Assembly: GCA_028826165.1 (NCBI GenBank)
Contig: JAPDFW010000011.1
Span: 496,001 to 560,000 of the forward strand
Reading direction: 5' to 3'
Length of the DNA: 64,000 nt
From: Anaeramoeba ignava BMAN
Lineage: Eukaryota > Protista > Anaeramoebae
The translations under genes were made by a program, and so were the position numbers. This document shows positions 1-10,162 of the stretch, piece by piece (positions within the stretch are counted from its first letter, which is position 1; each line of letters begins with the position of its first letter). The notes beneath the pieces are model-generated. The model worked only from the letters and a program-made list of their open reading frames with translations. It made no database searches and had not been told where the DNA came from.

Positions 1-229
1 TACAATTAACTCAATGGCTGAATCTCTTGGTCTTTCTCCTCAATTCCTTGATAAAGAACTAAGTAGATTCATTGCTTCAGGTAGAATTCCTGCTAAAATT
101 GATAAAGTTGGTGGTGTTATTGAAACTATTCGTCCTGATAAAAGAAATGCTGGTTATAGAAACGTAATTAAACAAGGAGATCCTATTTTAAATCGAATCC
201 AAAAACTTTCAAGAATTTTCACAAATTAA
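1..229 (+). CDS. RPN7: 26S proteasome regulatory subunit RPN7/PSMD6, C-terminal end (5' partial)
   Basis: MAESLGLSPQFLDKELSRFIASGRIPAKIDKVGGVIETIRPDKRN...IKQGDPILNRIQKLSR matches the conserved RPN7 PCI C-terminus; the frame is open to the window edge. Confidence 0.95.
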   Translation, partial: TINSMAESLGLSPQFLDKELSRFIASGRIPAKIDKVGGVIETIRPDKRNAGYRNVIKQGDPILNRIQKLSRIFTN

Positions 230-479
230 TTCAAAATATTTTCCAAAAGATTCTTTTCCTTTTTCTTTTCAACTTTTCTTTTCAATTTTTTTTTTCACAG
301 AATCAAATAAACAATTAAAATCCAAATTTTAATTCAAATGATCTTTTTCCACAATAAAAAAAAACTTTTTTTGTAAATTTATGTTGTTGTTTTTCATTTG
401 AATCTCGTTTCTTATTTTTTAAATCGAACCAAAAAAAAAAAAAACTGGAATAGAAATAAATTCAAATTCAAATTCAAAT

Positions 480-1139
480 TCAAAATTTATCTTGTTCAAC
501 CCACATTTCTTCTGAATTTTTTTCAGAATTTTCTTCATTTGAATTTTCTTCATTTGAATTATGATTTTTTTTAATACTTTCATAAACTGTTCTAGTAATT
601 GAAACATAAGGAATTATTGCAAGTGTTTTTTTTTCTTTTTGATTTTTGGATTGAATTTTTTTTTCTGGTAAATTTTCATCTTGAATTTGTGGATTTTGGA
701 TTAATTGATTTGAAGAATTGTAAAGATTATTTATAAAAACTCTTTCAGTATTTGGCTCCCATTCTTTTTCTGTTAATTCTGGAAAGTGTTGATTGAAATG
801 ATTTCCAAACGATTTAAATTTTGATAATATTTTTTGATGTTCATTTTCATTTTCATTTTCAAATTCTTGCTCTTTTTCTTGCATATTTTTATTCATAAAT
901 AATTTGTTTTTGTTTTTATTAAATGAAATGTTTGAGAATTGATTTACAAATTCCGTTTTTTCATCTAATTTAATTTTATTTTCCAATCCAATTTCTTTTT
1001 GATTTTGATTTTGATTTTGATTTTCTTTTGATTTGTTTGATTTTTCTCTCCTTTTAATTTCAGGATTGAAATCAAAAGTATCAAAATTGGATGATCTTTT
1101 TTTATCTGATTTTCTTTTTTTTTGATTGTTAGATTTCAT
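480..1139 (-). CDS. hypothetical protein, low complexity (219 aa)
   Basis: Intact ATG-to-stop ORF with typical N/Q/E/K composition; no recognisable domain. Confidence 0.65.
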   Translation of the reverse strand: MKSNNQKKRKSDKKRSSNFDTFDFNPEIKRREKSNKSKENQNQNQNQKEIGLENKIKLDEKTEFVNQFSNISFNKNKNKLFMNKNMQEKEQEFENENENEHQKILSKFKSFGNHFNQHFPELTEKEWEPNTERVFINNLYNSSNQLIQNPQIQDENLPEKKIQSKNQKEKKTLAIIPYVSITRTVYESIKKNHNSNEENSNEENSEKNSEEMWVEQDKF

Positions 1140-1388
1140 TTTGTAAATTTAAAAACAAATTTTCTTTTCTTTTTTAAAATAATAATAATAATAAAAATAA
1201 TAATAATAATTAACACAAAAAAAAATTAACACAAAAACAAAGTATTTTTTAATAAAAAGGAATGAGAAAAATGAAAAGGAAAAATTTTGAAAAAAAAATA
1301 TTTTTTTGAATTTTAATTGGTTTTTAATTGTTTTTTTAAAAAGGAGAAGAAAAAAAAAATGGAAATTTTTTTCTCTTTTTTTTTTTAT

Positions 1389-3006
1389 TTAATCATTTTT
1401 CTTTTCTTCTAAACTTTTTGGAGCTTGAGTTGTAGAATCTTTTTTATTTTCCGTTTGTTGTTCTTGTTGTTGTTCTTGTTGTTGTTCTTGTTGTTCTTGA
1501 GGAGGTTTTAAAAATAAACGAGGAACTAAAATAAAAATTAAATTAAATTAAATTTAAAAAAAAACTGTCAAAATAAATTTAAATTAAAAATCAAAAATAA
1601 AAATTATTACGGAAAGAAATGACACCAAAAACCATTGGCATAAATCTAGTTAAAAGTCCTGGTGGATCTAAATGTTTTTTTGCGAAAAATATTCTAACTT
1701 CTTTGTGTTCAAAATCAAAAACTTTTAAATAAATTTCAAAATTTTCAGATATTTGTAATTCATAAAATTTTTCTTTTTCATTGTTTTCTGGTTTCCAAAC
1801 TCCTTGTGATGTTTGATAATCTCCAACTGGATTTAAATCGAAAGTGAATAAGGTTTCTGTATTAATTTCATCAGGATCTTCTTCATTTGATATTCCAATA
1901 GAAATTTCTCCACTATTTTCATCATTAAATTCACTTTTGATTTTTAAACAGAATTTTCAAAATGAATTTTAATTTTAATTTTAATTTTATAAATGAATTT
2001 TAATATTAATTTTAATTTTAATTTTAATTTTAATTTTAATTTTAATTTTAATTTTAATTTTAATTTTAATTTTAATATTAATTTTATAAATGAATTTTAA
2101 TTTTAATTTTAATTTTAAATTTTAATTTTAATTTTAATTTTAATTTTAATATTAATTTTAATTTTGAAATGAATTTTAATTTTAATTTTAATTTTAATTT
2201 TAATTTTTAATTTTAATTTTAATTTTAATTTTAATTTTAATTTTAATTTTAATTTTAATTTTAATTATAATTTTAATTTTAATTTTAATTTTAATTTTAA
2301 TTTTAATTTTAATTTTATAAATGAATTTTAATTTTAATTTTAATTTTAAATTTTAATTTTAATTTTAATTTTAATTTTAATTTTAATTTTAATTTTAATT
2401 TTAATTTTAATTTTAATTTTGATTTTAATTTTAATTTTAATTTTAATTTTAATTTTAATTTTAATTTGAATTTTAATTTTATAAATGAATTTTAATTTTA
2501 ATTTAATTTTAATTTTTTTACAGAATCATTGAGTAATATTTGTTTTGTTTTTCTTTTTCATTTTCATTTTCATTTTCATTTTCTGCTTCTTTTTGTTCTA
2601 GATTTTCTAAAGTAATGTTTAATTGACCAGTAAAAGAAGATTCTCCTTTTAAAAATTCAAATATTCCTGATCCAGATTCAATAACTTTTAAAATAAAAAT
2701 TAAAAATAAAAATTTGTTTAAAAAATTAAAATTAAATTAAAAAATTTGTTTAAAAAATACTTTTGGATTCATCATCTATTAAAGTTTTATGTACTTCAAA
2801 ATCCCATTTTCTAATAATAAAATTAATTAAAAATAAAATATTCAATTCAAAAAAATAAAAAAATTTTTTTTCTTTTTTTTTTCTTTTTTTTATTAATTAA
2901 AAAATTACCCAATAAAGTTTTCCTTGAATGTTTTCTTTGCTCCACATAACATAAATGTAGAGATAATGATAAATCCAAATAAAATAAAAGAATAATTTTT
3001 ATTCAT
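1389..3006 (-). CDS. 5-exon type I membrane protein: signal peptide, luminal domain, C-terminal TM and Q/E tail (absent from the ORF track)
   Basis: Manual splicing of exons 3006-2909, 2810-2761, 2684-2522, 1933-1611 and 1525-1389, all GT-AG and phase-compatible. Gives MNKNYSFILFGFIIISTFMLCGAKKTFKENFIGKWDFEVHK...PGLLTRFMPMVFGVISFLPRLFLKPPQEQQ...EEKKND*. Confidence 0.8.
1960..2520. repeat. intronic (TTTTAA)n hexamer microsatellite
   Basis: Directly visible; fills intron 3 of the 1389-3006 gene. Confidence 0.95.
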
Positions 3007-3112
3007 CTATTTATGAATTGAAAAATGAAAAAATAAAAAATTGAAAAATTGAAAAAAAAAAATTTTTATTTAAAAAAAAAAATTCTTTAAAAAAAAAAAT
3101 TTTTCATTTTAA

Positions 3113-4770
3113 TCACCAAAATTTCAATTTAATATTTTTCTTCCATAAGAAAAAAGCAGAAAAAACAGTTATCATCATATATACTAATAAGATGAGTAAC
3201 GCAAGAATATCAGGAGTATAAAGAGTTTTGATCAAAAAGTTGACAGATCCAGTGAAAAGATTTGCAAGAAGAAAAAGTGGAAGTTGATTTTGATTAAAAA
3301 GATCGAAAATCAAGAGGGATCTTCCCGGTATAAAGCAATCAACAATCAAGAACATAAAAGATGAGTTCATTATTGCTGAGCTACTCATCATAACAAAAGG
3401 GAAATTAACGAAAGTTCGAGAGACTTCTTCAAGAAAATAAATGGATGAAATTGTTGCTAAAAAAAAGTAATTGTGATCAAGAAAAGCAACAAAATAAACC
3501 GAATAATTTCTGGTTTTTTCGTTCTCTTTTTCAAAATTATGTATCCTAAATTTGTTGAGAATAAAAATGTTGCTAAATAACCTGGAAGTCCACAAAATCC
3601 TTCTTTATTTTGTGAAAAAAAATTTGTTCTTTTTGCATTCACTATATAATTTGCTACTCCAAAATAACTTAATCCAATTTGATGTAAAACAACCACAATA
3701 GTTCCAAATAGAAATGAGTATTTTGCTATGAAAATTGGTGAAACAAAAGAGTAAAGAATCGATAAAAATGCAAGAACAAAAAAGAAGTTAAAATGAACTC
3801 CATATTCAGTTAAATGTTCTGGATAATGAGTTAATTTAGTTCCAATTAATCTTAGTGTACCAATTATCCATAAAGGAGAAGTAGAAATGATAGTTTTAAA
3901 TATGCCTTGAAAGTATCTAAAAATGAATGATTTTTGATTTGATTTTTCATTTGATTTTTGATTTGATTTTTGATTTGATTTTTGATTGGATTTTTGATTT
4001 GATTTTTGATTTGATTTTTCATTTGATTTTTCATTTGATTTTTCATTGGATTTTTCATTTGATTTTTGATTTGATTTTTCATTTGATTTTTCATTTGATT
4101 TTTGATTTGATTTTTCATTTGATTTTTCATTTGATTTTTCATTGGATTTTTCATTGGATTTTTCATTTGATTTTTCATTTGATTTTTGATTGGATTTTTC
4201 ATTGGATTTTTCATTTGATTTTTCATCCAATTTTGAAAGTGATTGCCGAACAGGATAACTCACAATTCCATTTGAATAAACAAACGAACTCACTCCAAGA
4301 TCCATAATAGATTTCCCAAATAATTCTGTTTTTGCTAATCTTCTTGGAAAAACTGGAAAATCAACAGCTAAAATAGCAATACAAGTTTGAATAACAAGAT
4401 TTGCTCTAATATGATTAATATAAAATGGTTTTTCTTGAACTAATCTATTCATATCCAACGGCTTCAGAAATTGTTTTCCTCTTAAATAGGCATAAAACAT
4501 AAGAAATATTATTCCTCCAAATATAAATATCATTGTTTCTCTTGGATAACAATAAAGTGTAATTGATGGAATTAGAAAAGTTATAATTTCCCAAATTATT
4601 CGAATTATATTTGTTGATGTTTTGGAAAGAAATAAATGGCATATTAACTTGCTAAATGCACTTATAAAAACTGGTGAAACTGAAATGATTAATGTTTCGG
4701 TTAAACTTGTTCCATGTAAATTTGATACAAAATCTTCTTTGGCTTTTTTATATTCTTCTGAATTAAACAT
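3113..4770 (-). CDS. GWT1: GPI inositol acyltransferase GWT1/PIG-W (1-nt frameshift at A8, ~3460)
   Basis: YKKAKEDFVSNLHGTS, CIAILAVDFPVFPRRLAKTELFGKSIMDLGV, YPEHLTEYGVHFNFFF, NKEG, VSR..N and NQNQLPLFLLANLFTGSVN are hallmark PIG-W motifs. ORFs 3457-4836 and 3113-3595 join if one T is added to the homopolymer. Confidence 0.95.
3930..4226 (-). repeat. coding 12-bp tandem repeat (KSNE/KSNQ)n inside GWT1
   Basis: About 25 in-frame AAATCAAATGAA/AAATCAAATCAA units. Confidence 0.95.
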
Positions 4771-4826
4771 TTTTTTTTTGAAAGGAAAAAAATGAAAAAA
4801 AAAATTTAAAAAAATTAAAAAAAATT

Positions 4827-5278
4827 TAATCAACATTATTAAACAATTTATTTATAATTAATTATATATTATATATTTAATCAATTTTCCTTTATTTAAA
4901 ATAATCTAAAATAATTCCCAATAATTAAATAAAATTATTAAAATATTTTATCAAATTATTTCAAAAATTAAATCAACATTATTAAATAATTAATTTATAA
5001 TTAATTATATCTATTATATTTAATCAATTTTCCTTTATTTAAAACAGTATAAAATTATTCCCAATAATTAAATAAGATTAATAAAATATTTTATTCAAAT
5101 TATTTCAAAAATTAAATCAAGATTATTAAACAATTTATTTATAATTAATTATATTTATTATATTTAATCAACTTTCCTTTATTTAAAATAGTATAAAATT
5201 ATTCCCAATAATTAAATAAAATTATTAAAAATATTTTATTCAAATTATTTCAAAAATTAAATCAAGATTATTAAATAG
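4827..5278. repeat. ~145-bp tandem repeat, 3 copies plus a partial, upstream of GWT1
   Basis: CAA(C/G)ATTATTAAA recurs at 4831, 4974, 5118 and 5264, with near-identical sequence between them (e.g. TTCCCAATAATTAAATAA). Confidence 0.9.
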
Positions 5279-5524
5279 TTAAAATTGATTTCTTTCTTAA
5301 TTTGAAAATAAAAATGAATTAATGATTAATTATTATTAATTTCTATTTTCATTTTTTATTTTTGTTTATTATTTTTTTTTCAATTTTTTAATAAATATTT
5401 TAAATTAAAATTAAATTATTTAAAATTAAATTTGTTTCTTATTTATTGTTTTAAAGAAATTAATTTGATTGAAAGTAAATTAAAATTGAATTGAATTTTG
5501 AAAAAAAAAATGAAAAAAAAGTTT

Positions 5525-7177
5525 TTAAATGAAATAAGATTCAAGTTCATCAACAATCCATTTCTTCTTGGAACCAGCTAAATAACTTTTAGATTCATTT
5601 GAATTAGACTTCATTCCCGTAGGTAGATTATAATTATTTCCAAAATTTGAATAACCATTTTGTAAATTTGAATTTAAAGAAATCTCCGAAGCACCAAAAC
5701 ATGGACCTTTGCTTGAGTAATTATAAAAAATTGCATTTCGATTCCTTTTTTTTTTAATCCGAAATTTATTAGGTTTTCTATCTCCTTTATCATTTCTTAA
5801 TGAAAAAATAAATGCATTTGGATCTTTAAGATATCCATAATCATTATAATCATTTCTCCATTTTGATTTATCAGTTGTCCATCCAACTTGAGTAAAACCT
5901 CCAAAAATAAAATTATCTGTTGTTTTGATAATAACTAATGTTTTTCCTTTATCATCAACTGCTTTATGCCAATTTTGACAAGAAAATCCATCTCTTTTTG
6001 CTGAATATCCTTTTTTCATTTTAGAAAAAAAATCATTATCATTTATCCATTCTTGTAATTTCTTAACATATTCAATATCTTGAATAATTTCTGAATCTGA
6101 AAATTGAGGAAATTTCTTTCTTAAATGTTCCATTTTGTTTTCTAATTCCAAATCTTTTTGATATTTTTCTTGATTTTTTTCAAAGAATTGTTTGATTTCT
6201 TTGTTTTTCTCTTCAATTTCTTTCTTCCATTTCTCTTCAATTTCCTTCTTCAATTTCTCTTTAACTTCTTTTTTCAATTTCTCTTCAATCTCTTTATCTT
6301 TTTCTTGAATAACTTTGTTTTGGATATCAACTAAAAAAGATTTAGGAAAAAAATCAAATTGTTTTAATCTAGTCACAACTTTTCTTGGAATTGAATCTTT
6401 ATCAAATAATGAAAAAAAAGAATGAAATAATCTTTTCTTTTCAATTCCCTTTTCTTTTTCTTTTTCTTTTTCTTTCTTTCCTTTTAATCTTTCATTTCTT
6501 TTTTCAATCCAATTATTTAAAAATTGAAAAAAATCAAATTGAAAAATTTCTTTTTTTTCTTGTTTAAATTGAATAAATTTGATAATTTCTTCTTTAGTTA
6601 AATTGAATAAATTTTCATTATTTTGAATTTGGGAAAAATTTTGATTTATTAATTCAAAACATTTTATTTCAATTTCATTTGAATTTAAATTTCGATTTTT
6701 GAGTAAAAATTGGAAAAAATTTGAATAATTAATTGAATTTAAAATTTTTTTTTGAATAATTTCTTTCAATAAATTTAATTTAAAATAAATTGAAATTTCC
6801 AATAATTGAAGAAGATTTTCTTGATTCTCAAAAGAAATATTTCCATAATAAATATAACTCAAAATTGATTCCATTTCTTTTTTATTAAATTGTTTTAAAG
6901 AAATAGAAAGAGATTCTTGTCTTAAAAATTCATTAAAAAAAGGAGATCTTGAAGATAAAATTGATTTATGAACTTTAATTTCAAAAGGATTTGATTTATT
7001 CTCAACAAAAATTGAAAAATCTTTAAATGAATTTCCATTTAAAAGGTTTGAATAATTTTTAATTAAATTTTTTGTTACTTTTTTTTCTAAATTTTTCATT
7101 TCATTTTCATTTTGATTTGCATTTTGATTTTGATTTGCATTTTGAATTTCAATTTGGTTATTATTATTATTATCCAT
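5525..7177 (-). CDS. BTB/POZ-BACK-like, coiled-coil, TLDc domain protein (intronless)
   Basis: BTB: FKDFSIFV...IKVHKSILSSRSPFF...ILSYIYYG. TLDc: YSAKRDGFSCQNWHKAVDDKGKTLVIIKTTDNFIFGGFT...AFIFSL...GPCFG...VDELESYF. Confidence 0.92.
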   Translation of the reverse strand: MDNNNNNQIEIQNANQNQNANQNENEMKNLEKKVTKNLIKNYSNLLNGNSFKDFSIFVENKSNPFEIKVHKSILSSRSPFFNEFLRQESLSISLKQFNKKEMESILSYIYYGNISFENQENLLQLLEISIYFKLNLLKEIIQKKILNSINYSNFFQFLLKNRNLNSNEIEIKCFELINQNFSQIQNNENLFNLTKEEIIKFIQFKQEKKEIFQFDFFQFLNNWIEKRNERLKGKKEKEKEKEKGIEKKRLFHSFFSLFDKDSIPRKVVTRLKQFDFFPKSFLVDIQNKVIQEKDKEIEEKLKKEVKEKLKKEIEEKWKKEIEEKNKEIKQFFEKNQEKYQKDLELENKMEHLRKKFPQFSDSEIIQDIEYVKKLQEWINDNDFFSKMKKGYSAKRDGFSCQNWHKAVDDKGKTLVIIKTTDNFIFGGFTQVGWTTDKSKWRNDYNDYGYLKDPNAFIFSLRNDKGDRKPNKFRIKKKRNRNAIFYNYSSKGPCFGASEISLNSNLQNGYSNFGNNYNLPTGMKSNSNESKSYLAGSKKKWIVDELESYFI

Positions 7178-7230
7178 TTTGTTTTTTGTTTTTTTGTTTT
7201 TTGTTTTTTGTGTTTTTTGTTTTTAAAAAA

Positions 7231-7863
7231 AAAGGAAAAAAATGAAAAAAAAAATTTAAAAAAATAAAAAAAATTTAAATCAACATTATTAAACAATTTA
7301 TTTATAATTAATTATATCTAATATATTTAATCAACTTTTCTTTATTTAAAATAGTATAAAATTATTCCCAATAATTAAATAAAATTAATAAAATATTTTA
7401 TTCAAATTATTTCAAAAATTAAATAAAGATTATTAAATAATTTATTTATAAATTTATTCTAAATATCAAATTAAAAATAAATTAATGATTAATTATTTAT
7501 TAAAATTATTTAAATTTGAAAATAAAAAAAAGGAAAAATTTGAAATTAAAATTATTAATAAAATGAAATAAAGAATAATAAATAATTCAATTTAAAATCA
7601 ATTATATTTTTTATATTTTTAAAATAATTTCTTTTATTTAGATTGATTAATTATTATTTATTTTAAAGATAAAAATTGAAATAAAATATTTTCCTTTTTT
7701 TTTTATTAAAAAGTGGAATTAAAATTGGAATTGGAATTAAAATTAAAATTAAAATTGGAATTAAAATTTGAATTGGAATTAAAATTGGAATTGGAATTGG
7801 AATTTGAATTAAAATTAAAATTGGAATTAAAATTAAAATTAAAAATTAAAATTGGAATTGGAA
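7231..7863. repeat. duplicated intergenic block; left part matches the GWT1 upstream region, right part matches the USP20/33 downstream region
   Basis: 7231-7440 is near-identical to 4781-4990; 7384-7863 is near-identical to ~9768-10162. Confidence 0.9.
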
Positions 7864-9372
7864 TTAAACGAAATAACATTCAACTTCTTCAATTTGCCAT
7901 GAATTATAATTTCCTGCTAAATAACTTTGGGCTTGAGTTGAACCATAACTATAACCACTTGGTGGATTGTAACCGTGTCCAAGATTAGTATAAGATCCTT
8001 GATTAAAATTTTGATTAACATGAATATCATGACCTCCTCCAAAAGTTGGACCATAGCTATTATTCGAATAAATAGCTTGCCCATTGTTTTTATAAGTAAA
8101 TTTTTGAGGTTGTTGATTTGCTGGGTTTTTTAATGTGAAAATAAATGCCTTTGGATCATTAATATAATTTCCATTTGCTGTTGAAAGCCAACCAACTTGA
8201 GTAAATCCTCCAAAAATATAATTTGAAGTTGTTTTGATAATAACTAATGTTTTTCCTTTATCATCACATTTAGAATGGAAAACCCAAGAAGAAAAACCAT
8301 CTTTTTTTGCTGAAAATCCTAATTTCATTGAATTGAAAAATTCATCATCATTTATCCAGGTTTTGATTGTGTTTTTGTATTGTTCATTTGTTGCTAATAT
8401 TGATTCTTCAAATCTTTTTTTATAAAATTCTTCTTTCTTTTTCTTTTTTTCATTTTGAGAAGAATCAATTTCAATTTGTTGTAATTTTTCTTGTTCAAGT
8501 TGTTGTTTCATTTCTTGAATATCTGATAATTTGGAATTTAAAATTAATTTGTTTGGAAGGAAATTGTATTGTTGAAGTGATTCAATATCTTCAATCCTGA
8601 TTAAATTTGTGTTAATTTTAGAAATGATTGGTTTTGTGATTTGTTTGATTTGATTTTGTTTCTTGATTTCATTTTCATTTGATTGAATTTGTTTTTCTGA
8701 CCAATTCTTGATAAATTCAAAAATTTGAACTTCAACAATTTCTTTGTTAGTAATTCTTTTAGAAATAATTCTTTCAATTTGTTTTTGATTTAATTTGGTT
8801 AAATTTTCATTTGAAGTAAATTTATCCAAATGATTTGAAATGAAATTTAAACATTTCTTTTCTAATTTGTTTGATTTTGGAATTTTATTAAGTTCAATAA
8901 AATTCATAACATTTTCATTATTAATACTTTGAAGAATTTGATTTTCAAGAAAATTAGTTAATAAATCTAATTGAAATTTATTTGATAAAATCCAAGTTGA
9001 AACCAAATTTTGTTCATCAGAATTGATTTTACTTGTGTAAATGTATTCAAGAATATTCTTCATTGTTTGTTCATTTACATCAGAAAATTGGATTTCCGAA
9101 CTTTCATTTTCTTTGAACCATTTTGAGAAGAAAGGAGATCTTGAGCTTAAAATTGATTTATGAGTATTGAATGTAATTGAATCATTTGCGACTTTAATTT
9201 GAAAATCTGAATAATTTGAACTTGTTTTAAGAATTTCACCAAAATCTTCAATTAATTTTGATTTCATTTGTTTTTTTGTTGGAATAAAGAAAATTTGATT
9301 TGATTTTTGAATAGTTTGATTGTTGTTTTCGTTTGTGTTTTCGTTTGTGTTTTCGTTTGTGTTTTCGTTCAT
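7864..9372 (-). CDS. BTB/POZ-BACK-like, TLDc domain protein (intronless)
   Basis: BTB: YSDFQIKV...THKSILSSRSPFF...ILEYIYT. TLDc: FSAKKDGFSSWVFHSKCDDKGKTLVIIKT...YGPTFGGGHDI...IEEVECYF. Confidence 0.93.
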   Translation of the reverse strand: MNENTNENTNENTNENNNQTIQKSNQIFFIPTKKQMKSKLIEDFGEILKTSSNYSDFQIKVANDSITFNTHKSILSSRSPFFSKWFKENESSEIQFSDVNEQTMKNILEYIYTSKINSDEQNLVSTWILSNKFQLDLLTNFLENQILQSINNENVMNFIELNKIPKSNKLEKKCLNFISNHLDKFTSNENLTKLNQKQIERIISKRITNKEIVEVQIFEFIKNWSEKQIQSNENEIKKQNQIKQITKPIISKINTNLIRIEDIESLQQYNFLPNKLILNSKLSDIQEMKQQLEQEKLQQIEIDSSQNEKKKKKEEFYKKRFEESILATNEQYKNTIKTWINDDEFFNSMKLGFSAKKDGFSSWVFHSKCDDKGKTLVIIKTTSNYIFGGFTQVGWLSTANGNYINDPKAFIFTLKNPANQQPQKFTYKNNGQAIYSNNSYGPTFGGGHDIHVNQNFNQGSYTNLGHGYNPPSGYSYGSTQAQSYLAGNYNSWQIEEVECYFV

Positions 9373-9629
9373 TTTCCTTTTTTTATTTTATTTTAAAAAT
9401 AAATTAAATTAAATTTGAATTTGAATTTGAATTTTTTGAATTTGAATTACTTTTGTTTGTTTGTTTGTTTTTTTTGGAATAAAATTTAAATAAATTCTTT
9501 TTTTTCCTTTTTTTATTTAAAAAGAAGAAAAATGAAAAAAAAAAAAAAAAATTTTATTTATTTAAAATAAATAAAATGCAGGCAAAAAAATAATAAATAA
9601 AAAAAGTGGATTTTGATCTTTTTTTAATT

Positions 9630-10162
9630 AAATTATTTTATTCAATTTATTTCAAAAATTAAATCAAAAATATTAAATAATTTATTTATAAATTTATTCT
9701 AAATAATTTGAAAATAAAAAGTATTTTATTAAAACTTAAAAATTATTAATTAGAAAATGCTATTTAAATTATTAAAATATTTTATTCAATTTATTTCAAA
9801 AATTAAATCAAGATTATTAAAGAATTTATTTATAAATTTATTCTAAATATCAAATTAAAAATAAATTAATGATTAATTATTTATTAAAATTAATTAAATT
9901 TGAAAATAAAAAAAAAGGAAAAATTTGAAATTAAAATTATTAATAAAATGAAATAAAGAATAATAAATAATTCAATTTAAAATCAATTATATTTTTTATA
10001 TTTTTAAAATAATTTCTTTTATTTAGATTGATTAATTATTATTTATTTTAAAGATAAAAATTGAAACAAAATATTTTCCTTTTTTTTTTATTAAAAAGTG
10101 GAATTAAAATTGAATTGGAATTAAAATTAAAATTAAAATTGGAATTAAAATTAAAATTGGAA
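9630..10162. repeat. third copy of the intergenic block (USP20/33 3' region), with a partial 145-bp unit
   Basis: Matches 7384-7863; TTTCAAAAATTAAATCAA recurs at ~9650 and ~9793. Confidence 0.88.

Noticed and set aside
4827-5278. Possible CRISPR-like array (also 59080-59720)
   Set aside because: Whole units repeat with no unique spacers, there are no cas genes, and the context is eukaryotic.
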